Virus record (IMG/VR): IMGVR_UViG_3300017925_000039
Coordinates: 1-24,463 of that record
Direction: 5' to 3' (one strand)
Length of the DNA: 24,463 bases
Source: a virus
Lineage: Duplodnaviria > Caudoviricetes
The position numbers and the translations under genes are program-made. Below are positions 1 to 6,752 of this stretch, piece by piece (the first letter of the stretch is position 1; every line of letters starts with the position of its first letter). Under the pieces are notes generated by a model. The model had not been told where the DNA came from and made no database searches. It worked only from the letters and a program-made list of their open reading frames with translations.

Positions 1-1601
1 AGATAGAAGTGAGCAGCCAGAGGATCTGTTTTGGCGAGGGTCCTTCCGTAATCGTCAATCGTATCTTCTTCTGGCTTCTTTCGGGCCGAATACATCCCGT
101 ACAAACCGTAGCGGAACGCGTCGTACGCATCGTCACCTCTCGTATCGACTTTGAGAACGTCGTCCATGTTGTCTGGATCGCGCATCAAAGACGGTATGGA
201 GAGAATGATGTCTCTGCACGTATCGAGGATGACGAGATCACCATTCTTGAACATGTTGTACATCAACGATGCACCGCCGACACGATCAGGGTTCGCTCGG
301 GATACTGAGGGAAGCCCGACTTCACGGTATTCTTTCGATATTTCGTCAGCCGGTGAGTGCTGTGTTACTTGCCTTGCAAACTTTTCATGCGAGAAGAAAA
401 TAGCCTTAGGCTTTATGAATTTCTTCTCAGGGTCGCTGGGCATCTTGCACATGGTTTTGAACATGCTAGCCCACTCTTTGTGAGTTTTGCCGCCCTGTGC
501 AACAGTCTCTCTGAAGCAGACCGTCTTGAGCTTATACTCCGAGCCCATCGTGCGTACCATCGCGCGTGTAAACAAATACGCCGCGTTATGGTGCCCGCCC
601 ATCGACCAGTCTTGTGATCCCCAAACGGGTTGCCAAGATTGCCAGATAATTGCTTCTGGGTCTTCGCGGAGGTCGATAACGTGTTCGAACGGGTCGAAAC
701 AATCGAAATACTGACCTTCAACTGCACCGTCCAAGCCCAGCAGGAGTTTATCCCGCTTGGCCTTCGGCATGCTGTTCAAACGCGCAATAATTCCCGGGTC
801 ACGCTTCAGCAACTCGGGATTATCCATTACGGTCGAACGCTGGCAAGCATATAAAGCGGGATCGTATACACAGTGCCAATTTCCAGATTCCTGTACCCAC
901 CATGTACCATTAGTCTCGTCCTTGCGTGCGCCCTCAGGTTTATTCCAAGGCTCCTTCTGCACAAACAACGTACGGTAGTACTCATAATAAGGACCCAGAG
1001 GGTTTGTACAACCTACGATGACTGGCAAGGGCATGTGACCATGCTGATTTTCTTTGCACCCCGCATTTACTGTATTACGAGAATACAGCATCATCCACGC
1101 ATCTGCTGAAAATTGTCCAGCTTCGTCCACCAGAATTGCTGGATATGCTTGACCGAGATACTGTTCTATATCTCGCATTTTCAAGTTTTGGCAATGACCA
1201 AAAACTACACGAGACCCATTGACAAATGTAGCAACATGTTTCGTTTGATCGTACTTATACAGCTCTGGTGGAATGAAGGTACGGAAATCACTAATCGCTC
1301 CGCTCTCCAACTCTTTGAAAGTACGTCTAAGTACTAATATGTCACAACAATCGTAGGCTAATGTGTAGTTTTCTATCATATACAATAGCCAACCTACAGT
1401 TTTTCCTGATCGAATACCCCCAACACTAAGGCACTGAGGAGCTAACGGGCGAATATACGGTACGCCGTCTTTGGTTCGCATCTCTAGCAATTCTGTCTGC
1501 TTTGGTTGTAATTTGAAAATCTTCCTAAAATCTAATGTGCCGTCCTCATTGAGGTACGCAGGTCTCTCTTTTTTCTCTTCCTTCACCACTTTTTTTGGCA
1601 T
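1..1601 (-). CDS. terL: Terminase large subunit (3' end runs off the window, at least 533 aa)
   Basis: Not in the ORF track because there is no stop in the window. Manual translation from ATG 1601 gives MPKKVVKEEKKERPAYLNEDG..., Walker A GGIRSGKT, Walker B ILVDEAGQF, coupling motif GCTNP, and RNase H-like nuclease motifs GSQDWS and DDAYDAFRY. No in-frame stop was found. Confidence 0.95.
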   Translation of the reverse strand, partial: MPKKVVKEEKKERPAYLNEDGTLDFRKIFKLQPKQTELLEMRTKDGVPYIRPLAPQCLSVGGIRSGKTVGWLLYMIENYTLAYDCCDILVLRRTFKELESGAISDFRTFIPPELYKYDQTKHVATFVNGSRVVFGHCQNLKMRDIEQYLGQAYPAILVDEAGQFSADAWMMLYSRNTVNAGCKENQHGHMPLPVIVGCTNPLGPYYEYYRTLFVQKEPWNKPEGARKDETNGTWWVQESGNWHCVYDPALYACQRSTVMDNPELLKRDPGIIARLNSMPKAKRDKLLLGLDGAVEGQYFDCFDPFEHVIDLREDPEAIIWQSWQPVWGSQDWSMGGHHNAAYLFTRAMVRTMGSEYKLKTVCFRETVAQGGKTHKEWASMFKTMCKMPSDPEKKFIKPKAIFFSHEKFARQVTQHSPADEISKEYREVGLPSVSRANPDRVGGASLMYNMFKNGDLVILDTCRDIILSIPSLMRDPDNMDDVLKVDTRGDDAYDAFRYGLYGMYSARKKPEEDTIDDYGRTLAKTDPLAAHFY

Positions 1602-2163
1602 CTCTGGCTCTCTTAGCCATGCTCATTCTGAGTCTAGTCTCTTCGGTGAATGGAGCACGTTTCCTGCCCAATTTTGCTAAACTCTGTTTACGTCTAGTTT
1701 CTTCAGTAGCTACTCTTCCTATATGGGCAATACTTATTCTTTTCTTTGTCTCTTCAGACCTTGGTGGTCTTTTGGTGCCACGGTGTCTTTTACTTATCTG
1801 AAGCCTTTGCTCAACAGACATCACTTTTCCAGAATTCTTTTCACTAATTCTTTTCTTAGCTTCTTCAGACAGCTTATAACCTTGTCTGCCTTCTCCTCCG
1901 TCTGTCAAATTGTATCCGAAAGGGGCCTTAGTATTTAGAAAAGAAATGTAGAACATCTCTACAAAATTCATTTCTTCCTTGGATTCACAGGTATGCAAAA
2001 TCTCCAACGAAAAACTTTCTTTTCCATATTTTCTTATAGACTTGTGCAAAATGCTCGAATTGGTATTGGAAGTGTGTTCGTTCCATCGTAAATTCAGTTT
2101 CTTTGCAGTTTGTCCTACGTATTTCTTTCCGTTAAGAGCGTTTGTTACTAAGTATACTAACAT
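1546..2163 (-). CDS. Free-standing GIY-YIG homing endonuclease with NUMOD3-like C-terminal repeats (205 aa)
   Basis: VYLVTN..NGKKYVGQT, R..EH, E and GYNLTDGGEG motifs, then repeated (S/T)EETKKRIS-type units. Start placed at ATG 2163 behind GGAGGG. The 3' end overlaps the terL start by 56 nt. Confidence 0.93.
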   Translation of the reverse strand: MLVYLVTNALNGKKYVGQTAKKLNLRWNEHTSNTNSSILHKSIRKYGKESFSLEILHTCESKEEMNFVEMFYISFLNTKAPFGYNLTDGGEGRQGYKLSEEAKKRISEKNSGKVMSVEQRLQISKRHRGTKRPPRSEETKKRISIAHIGRVATEETRRKQSLAKLGRKRAPFTEETRLRMSMAKRARDAKKSGEGREKRETCVPQ

Positions 2164-2243
2164 GTTCCCTCCAGATAAGGTCGAGGAGGGCAGCGTATCT
2201 GGCACCGCCCTCAACTCTAGCCCCGAGCCGCTAAACTCGGAGA
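2164..2243 (-). promoter_or_regulatory. Structured RNA leader copy 1 (hairpin plus SD-sequestering pseudoknot/kissing loop)
   Basis: Minus strand: CTCCGAG-tttagcgg-CTCGGGG CTAG AGTT GAGGGCGGTG [CCAGATA] CGCTGCCCTC ctcgacct TATCTGG AGGG aac ATG. The loop CCAGATA is perfectly complementary to TATCTGG at the SD. Confidence 0.85.
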
Positions 2244-2822
2244 TTACTTATTGTCTACAATTTCTGCCTCTATAAAACTGGGCGTTAGTTTCTCTCTTGG
2301 TTTTTCCTCAGTGATCTGCTTATTGATCATAAATTCTGGTGGAGTGAGTACCACGATCTTCACGCCTTGAGTCTGCATTGCTTCAATCTCTTCTTCACTC
2401 TTGGAAGGTGCACCGTACGCGCGCAAGCTTAGTTCTTTGAACGCCTGAACTGATGCCATGGCACACTTCGCATCCATAACTGTGAGGTATGATCCATCAG
2501 CCAGTCTTATAGGATGCCCTAGTTTGTCCAGAACGGGTTGGTGTGGGGAGGTAGATGCGATCAACACTATGTTGTCGAACATCTCCCTGAATCTACTTTC
2601 AGAACTCTTTTCCCCAGTTACGGGAGCGTTCAGCAAATTGCGCATGAGCCGGGTAACGTCTGCCGTCTTGGGCATCGTTTTGGGGGAACGCACGAATTTT
2701 CCCTTTTCGTTCCTGAACACTTTTACTGGAGTATGAGATTCGTGATGTAGAATCATTTGTTCAGAAGGAGCCGGGGTCTTCTCCGGCTTTCCCTCGGTCT
2801 GCTTTTCTGAGTCTTCTGACAT
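2244..2822 (-). CDS. Hypothetical protein, possible terminase small subunit (192 aa)
   Basis: ATG 2822 with RBS AAGGAG. It lies directly upstream of terL apart from the inserted GIY-YIG cassette, and size and charge fit. The function is inferred from position only. Confidence 0.5.
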   Translation of the reverse strand: MSEDSEKQTEGKPEKTPAPSEQMILHHESHTPVKVFRNEKGKFVRSPKTMPKTADVTRLMRNLLNAPVTGEKSSESRFREMFDNIVLIASTSPHQPVLDKLGHPIRLADGSYLTVMDAKCAMASVQAFKELSLRAYGAPSKSEEEIEAMQTQGVKIVVLTPPEFMINKQITEEKPREKLTPSFIEAEIVDNK

Positions 2823-2832
2823 TGCTGGCTCC

Positions 2833-3165
2833 TTATTTCTTTTTGAACTGGAGCAAAACATTATCAAAAATATACTCCACTGGAGAAATCAAATACTTCT
2901 TGGTTAAATCTTCAACTGTCTTCGTGAAGTCTGCCTGCGCCTTCTGCGTAATCTGGCTGAGACGCTGGATTTCCATCTGCGCCTTTAAATACGCATTTTC
3001 AATATCGCGAATAGCGAGTTTTTCTTCGGCGGTCAGTTCCTGCGTCAGTTTCTTCACTTCCGCTTTTACTTCGGCTTCAATCTTTTTAGCCTCGGCAACT
3101 ACTTCACCTTCAACCTTGGCCACTTCTGCTTCTACTGCTTTCACTACTGTTTCAACTTCGCTCAT
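2833..3165 (-). CDS. Hypothetical coiled-coil protein (110 aa)
   Basis: ORF with GGAG RBS, rich in E/K/A/V heptads, packed tightly between its neighbours. Confidence 0.8.
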   Translation of the reverse strand: MSEVETVVKAVEAEVAKVEGEVVAEAKKIEAEVKAEVKKLTQELTAEEKLAIRDIENAYLKAQMEIQRLSQITQKAQADFTKTVEDLTKKYLISPVEYIFDNVLLQFKKK

Positions 3166-3174
3166 CTGAGTCTC

Positions 3175-3648
3175 CTATTTGTATTTGTTTATGTACTTAA
3201 TTGCATTTCTTAGTATTTTTGTGTCTTCAAAAACAAAACCTAAGACAACATTACAATGATGACACAAAAGACCTCTAGGTTCTGGTGGTACAACATGCTT
3301 ATGGTCAGCATGTGGTGTTTCTACAAACTTCTTTTTACAAATTGCACAAGAATTATTTTGCTCTTTTTTCTTTTCCTCCACCATGAGAGGTGTCCAACCT
3401 TTGTCTTTTAACCTGAGTCTTCTTCCCACTTCTGGATGATCTTTGTGGTACTTCCTGAACCTTGCTCGCTCTTTATTCTGGTCTCTGGGGTTCTTTTCAT
3501 TCCAAAGTTTTGCTCTTTTCTTAAACAACTCTGGATTCTTCCTGTAATTTTCTTTAGCGTATGCTATGCTGCATTCTTTACAAGCTCCGCCAGCATATAG
3601 GTTTTCTGGACTCCTTAAATGTCCCCGCTTACAATGTGTCTTTTTCAT
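3175..3648 (-). CDS. Free-standing endonuclease VII-type (His-Me finger) homing endonuclease (157 aa)
   Basis: C-terminal CAIC...HADHKH...RGLLCHHCNVVLG is the Endo VII signature. N-terminal KTHCKRGH...CKEC Zn module. ATG 3648 behind GGAGGGG. Confidence 0.9.
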   Translation of the reverse strand: MKKTHCKRGHLRSPENLYAGGACKECSIAYAKENYRKNPELFKKRAKLWNEKNPRDQNKERARFRKYHKDHPEVGRRLRLKDKGWTPLMVEEKKKEQNNSCAICKKKFVETPHADHKHVVPPEPRGLLCHHCNVVLGFVFEDTKILRNAIKYINKYK

Positions 3649-3725
3649 ATTTACCCCTCCTAGGACGCTCAAAGGGACCGTAGGAGCGGTCCCCGAGCTA
3701 GCCCCGAGCCGCTAAGCTCGGAGAT
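3649..3725 (-). promoter_or_regulatory. Structured RNA leader copy 2
   Basis: Minus strand: ATCTCCGAG-cttagcgg-CTCGGGG CTAG ctcg GGGACCG [CTCCTA] CGGTCCC tttgagcgtcc TAGGAG gggtaaat ATG. The first hairpin is nearly identical to copy 1, and the loop CTCCTA pairs with the SD TAGGAG. Confidence 0.85.
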
Positions 3726-3728
3726 ATT

Positions 3729-4106
3729 TCAGAAGATAGTCAGACCTCGTACCAAAGCATTTTTCTTGAAAATTCCACGATCTCCGATGTAGTTTCTCCA
3801 CTGCTCAAAAACGGGTCCGTGATTGTCTTTCAAATCCGAGGCTATATGCACCATTTCGTGGCTGAGAGTGAGTAGCCGAGTGGATACGGGCTTACACATT
3901 TTTCTGCTGAGAACAATTACATAGTCATGGTAATTGTCGTTGGCCTTGTCTGCCCAACCAAAGAATTTGTCTTCGCAGTTTATGCCTTGCTCTCCGTCGT
4001 CTTCTTCATTTGCCCAGCGAACACATACGTTGTTGGTGAGTTGATTGTCGAAAAAACGCTTGTTGATTTTCTTATACCAACGCTTCAGAGTAGGGTCCGA
4101 CCGCAT
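3729..4106 (-). CDS. SprT-like zinc metalloprotease domain protein (125 aa)
   Basis: INKRFFDNQL...TLSHEMVH...HGPVF is the SprT-like HExxH..HG.F pattern. ATG 4106 behind GGAG. The track's longer start overlaps a terminator. Confidence 0.8.
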   Translation of the reverse strand: MRSDPTLKRWYKKINKRFFDNQLTNNVCVRWANEEDDGEQGINCEDKFFGWADKANDNYHDYVIVLSRKMCKPVSTRLLTLSHEMVHIASDLKDNHGPVFEQWRNYIGDRGIFKKNALVRGLTIF

Positions 4107-4165
4107 TGTCTTTCTCCAAGTCCACCACGCGTTTCCCGCGCATTCGGACAAGGTATTTATGGCAC

Positions 4166-4200
4166 AAAAAAAGCCCAAGCGCTTTTTGAGCACTTAGGCT
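4166..4200 (-). terminator. Intrinsic terminator closing the tRNA/ncRNA operon
   Basis: Minus strand AGCCTAAGTGCT-CAAAA-AGCGCTTGGGCT followed by a T run. Confidence 0.85.
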
Positions 4201-4223
4201 GGTATGAATTATTTATGATTTCT

Positions 4224-4298
4224 TGGTGGACAGCGCCGGTTATGCTCCGACGACTCAGCGTTGCAAACGCCGTGCGTTCCTGATTACGCCAGCCGCCC
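4224..4298 (-). tRNA. tRNA-Ala(UGC) with non-canonical T-loop
   Basis: GGGCGGC TG GCGT-AATCAGGA-ACGC A CGGCG-TT TGC AA-CGCTG AGTC GTCGG-AGCATAA-CCGGC GCTGTCC A CCA. Full cloverleaf, G3:U70 alanine identity pair and encoded CCA. Confidence 0.85.
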
Positions 4299-4304
4299 AC
4301 ATAA

Positions 4305-4545
4305 AAGCTGGCTTCGAGTTTTACGAAGCCACCCCCTGAATTGCACAGGTTCGGCTCATTGTGTACTTGGGTTGAACCATACAGACCCGTTTGCTACGCT
4401 TTCAGGTTTGATGCATTCAAACCGGGCAGGAGCCGCCCATTCATCGCTATTGCGATGCTCAGTGTCGGCACTCTGAGGAGCCGGGTAAGAATCGCTTAGC
4501 GTATCTTACCATTCAGCGCAGCTTTTCAAGCCTACACGCTGAAAC
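4305..4545 (-). ncRNA. Candidate large structured ncRNA between two tRNAs
   Basis: About 10 stems in ~240 nt, including GGTAAGA/TCTTACC, CATCGC/GCGATG, GGGCGG/CTGCCC, GGTTTGA/TCAAACC, TGGCTTCG/CGAAGCCA and a long-range CGGCTC/GAGCCG pair. No credible minus-strand CDS. Confidence 0.65.
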
Positions 4546-4547
4546 TT

Positions 4548-4625
4548 TGGAGCCCAAGGAAGGAATTACACCCTCGACCCTCGCATATTACAAGTGCGAT
4601 ACTCTGTTGACTGAGCTACATGGGC
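4548..4625 (-). tRNA. Atypical tRNA-Thr(UGU)-like gene or pseudo-tRNA with a 9-nt anticodon loop
   Basis: GCCCATG TA GCTC-AGTCAACA-GAGT A TCGCA-CTTGTAATA-TGCGA GGGTC GAGGG-TGTAATT-CCTTC CTTGGGC T CCA. Cloverleaf and CCA are present, but the D-loop lacks GG, the T-loop is non-canonical and the acceptor has a U-U mismatch. Confidence 0.7.
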
Positions 4626-4810
4626 AAAACTTTGCGCCCTAGTGTCGTGGGGCGCTGCACGTCTGTCTACGATATCCGCATTCCGCGTCTACATATCGTA
4701 CGGAACAAACTCGATGGGCGCGAGGGTTGGTTGTCCCTCGCTGTACGTGATACATCAAGCCCTTTACAACTCAAAAAGGGAAATAATTACACTTTCCCCC
4801 CAGTATGTAA

Positions 4811-4840
4811 ATTATACACCCGTACCCCCCTCTTTGTCAA
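4811..4840 (-). promoter_or_regulatory. Consensus sigma70 promoter for the tRNA/ncRNA operon
   Basis: Minus strand TTGACA (4840-4835), 18-nt spacer, TATAAT (4816-4811). The -10 box contains the TAA stop of the upstream ORF. Confidence 0.85.
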
Positions 4841-5282
4841 GTTGAGGTGTTACCAATGCCAACTCTGTAGGCAAGGGGTAGCCCCAAGCGTCATAAGCAT
4901 CCCACGCAGACCTCGCTTCTTCGCTGACCAAGTACAGATCGAGGTCGGTAAGCGCCGCACGCTTTTGTCCTGCCATACGGTTAAGACGCTCGTCTTGTTC
5001 CTCTGGTGACATCTCTGAAATTGTCTTATCAATCAACTTCATTCTTTCTGTTGCTTTCTGAACTTCTTTAATTTCATACACATACTGAAACAAATCCATA
5101 TGCTCACACTTCTCTTTTATGTCCCTTTTTCCGTCCATTCCCCGCATTTTTGCATCTGCCAAGACTTCTGGGGACAAGCTCTCCCTAAGTTTTTCGTAGT
5201 TCTCATCCCATTGATTCTGAAGGATTTCTTGTCGTTCTCTCCTTAGATTCTCCATGGCTAACTTCTTTTCTTCTTTGGTCAT
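4812..5282 (-). CDS. Hypothetical protein (156 aa), likely early-expressed
   Basis: ORF with GGAGG RBS (5293-5289) and its own sigma70 promoter. Charged and helical, with no recognised family. Confidence 0.8.
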   Translation of the reverse strand: MTKEEKKLAMENLRRERQEILQNQWDENYEKLRESLSPEVLADAKMRGMDGKRDIKEKCEHMDLFQYVYEIKEVQKATERMKLIDKTISEMSPEEQDERLNRMAGQKRAALTDLDLYLVSEEARSAWDAYDAWGYPLPTELALVTPQLDKEGGTGV

Positions 5283-5300
5283 TGTGCACCTCCAACAATA

Positions 5301-5329
5301 ATTGTACTACAGGCCCGACCAAAAGTCAA
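5301..5329 (-). promoter_or_regulatory. Leftward sigma70-type promoter
   Basis: Minus strand TTGACT, 17-nt spacer, TACAAT, just upstream of the RBS of ORF 4812..5282. Confidence 0.7.
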
Positions 5330-5353
5330 CAAAATTCCTAGTAACACGTCCGG

Positions 5354-5383
5354 TTGACGCACCGGAACAAAGTGTGTTATCAT
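5354..5383 (+). promoter_or_regulatory. Rightward sigma70-type promoter (divergent partner)
   Basis: TTGACG, 18-nt spacer, TATCAT with an extended -10 TG. Confidence 0.6.
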
Positions 5384-5494
5384 AGACTATAAACCCTGAG
5401 GGCAATGTGTACTATACCTTAGAGGGCTAATAGAATCAACAACTTAGATGTAAGTCCAAGAAAACACACATAGTTAGGGGATTCTCATAGTGTT

Positions 5495-5719
5495 ATGATC
5501 AAAACACCTGAAAACATAAGCAGAGCCCGCCAAGAGGCCGGGGAACAGGCGAAAATCTGGAGGGCAGCAATCGCGGCAGCGCGCGCGGAGCCGATCCTGT
5601 CGCCAGCCAAGCGCACCGAGGTTGAGCATAGGGTAACCTATGCACAAGCCCAGATCGCTGAGATCGCTAAGGAACTGAAGAAGTTGAAAAAGCAAGGAAA
5701 AAAACCTTTCTGGAGATAG
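5495..5719 (+). CDS. Small basic hypothetical protein (74 aa)
   Basis: Ala/Lys/Arg-rich helical ORF downstream of the rightward promoter. The RBS is weak. Confidence 0.6.
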   Translation: MIKTPENISRARQEAGEQAKIWRAAIAAARAEPILSPAKRTEVEHRVTYAQAQIAEIAKELKKLKKQGKKPFWR

Positions 5720-5722
5720 TAT

Positions 5723-5745
5723 ACTGGACAGAAGTTCTGTCCAGT
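5723..5745. repeat. Perfect 11-bp inverted repeat (operator-like or hairpin)
   Basis: ACTGGACAGAA-G-TTCTGTCCAGT. Confidence 0.7.
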
Positions 5746-5808
5746 TCAAGAGTTTCATCCCAAGAGAAGTAGACAGGTTTATAGGTTTTTTTGCCGTCAG
5801 ATTCTGTG

Positions 5809-6005
5809 GTCAACTACCCAGACTAAAGTCTGGGCTTGTAAAAGCAACCCATACCAAAGTTGCCCTCAAGTTAAACAGTTGTACTAGACAAGTCGCGCTT
5901 GTATAGGTGCAAAGTTAGCCGATTGGAAGTGGTATTCCGTAGCATGTGCAGGATGCTTCTCTAGTCCTGCTCCTCTGCATCGGCAACTGTCGAAGAGAAG
6001 TATAC
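5809..6005 (+). ncRNA. HEARO/omegaRNA-like scaffold (IS200/IS605 IscB/IsrB type) with no adjacent IscB ORF
   Basis: Starts GTCAACTACCC, then hairpin CCCAGAC-TAAA-GTCTGGG, GTTGTACTAGAC (partner of the 5' GTCAAC), stem GTTAGCCGAT/ATCGGCAAC, hairpin GCAGGAT-GCTTCTCTA-GTCCTGC, and 3' GTCGAAGAGAAG able to pseudoknot with CTTCTCT. Recognised by recalled resemblance to IscB omegaRNAs. Confidence 0.75.
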
Positions 6006-6024
6006 AGGAGGGCTTATCGCCATT

Positions 6025-6672
6025 ATGCCTCTATCACCGATACAAACTGCTAAGACTGCATATGCCATAACGCAGACTGACATAACAGTAGGGTACGCAG
6101 GGATTCCGATCACATGGCCGGAACCCTTTGCAGACACAGACTATACCATTTCTTTCAGCATTAACGACATTGGACAGAACTTCCTGAGTTTAGACTATGC
6201 CGTAGGCGACATTCATTTCAAGACGCCCCAAGGGTTTGTTGCAGTGATGACGTTGCCTTCATTCTCACCATTGGTGCCGGAGCAACTTCAGGTACAAAAC
6301 ACACTTCTCCCCCAAACCTTATCTTTTGTAGCACCTTTTACCGCGTTGTATGAGCTTACATACTATGTAGACGCTAGGGCAGATGGCGGCAATGGCGGGG
6401 GCTTAATCTTAGAGTACAGTTGGACTGATCCTTCGGGAACTGCTCAAAATACCGATTTCGGAACGATACTGCATTCTGCTTATGGATTTTCTCAAGCTAC
6501 GTATAACGCTTTCGTTTTAGCGGGCACAGTAATCCAGATGCAATCCATTTGGGCCTCTGGGACATATTTTCACTATGATTTGTCCTTTAGCGTTATACAG
6601 GTTCCTTCACCTCAGGTTTCCCCAGCAGTAGGTTCGCTTGTACAAATTGAAGCCATAGCAATTCACAACTAA
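6025..6672 (+). CDS. Putative virion structural protein (beta-rich, tail-fibre/decoration-like, 215 aa)
   Basis: ITWPEPFADTDYTISFS resembles small tail-fibre-associated beta domains. RBS GGAGGG. It sits at the head of the tail arm. Confidence 0.6.
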   Translation: MPLSPIQTAKTAYAITQTDITVGYAGIPITWPEPFADTDYTISFSINDIGQNFLSLDYAVGDIHFKTPQGFVAVMTLPSFSPLVPEQLQVQNTLLPQTLSFVAPFTALYELTYYVDARADGGNGGGLILEYSWTDPSGTAQNTDFGTILHSAYGFSQATYNAFVLAGTVIQMQSIWASGTYFHYDLSFSVIQVPSPQVSPAVGSLVQIEAIAIHN

Positions 6673-6674
6673 AC

Positions 6675-6752
6675 ATCTCTGGACCTCGAATCCAGAGCTA
6701 GAGTGGGGTGGTCCGATAGCCACCCTGCTCAACCTACTATCGGAGGAAAGAA
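6675..6752 (+). promoter_or_regulatory. Structured RNA leader copy 3
   Basis: ATCTCTGGA-cctcgaa-TCCAGAG CTAG AGT GGGGTGGT [CCGATA] GCCACCCT gctcaacctac TATCGG AGGA aagaa ATG. The loop pairs with TATCGG at the SD, extendable to 8 bp. Confidence 0.85.

Noticed and set aside
9-1337. Series of short plus-strand ORFs in the track
   Set aside because: They are shadows of the minus-strand terL frame, which has clear ATPase and nuclease motifs.
4154-4217. Two CATAAATA motifs on the minus strand resembling the T4 late promoter
   Set aside because: They are imperfect, in AT-rich sequence, and there is no evidence of a T4-like late sigma factor in the window.
5793-5808. Putative omegaRNA guide matching GTCAGATTC at about 9442
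   Set aside because: A 9-nt match is expected by chance in 24 kb.
6015-6035. CCATTATGCCT after the omegaRNA, one base short of encoding the IscB PLMP motif
   Set aside because: Too short to be significant, and no other IscB residues (RuvC, bridge helix, HNH) follow in the downstream ORF.
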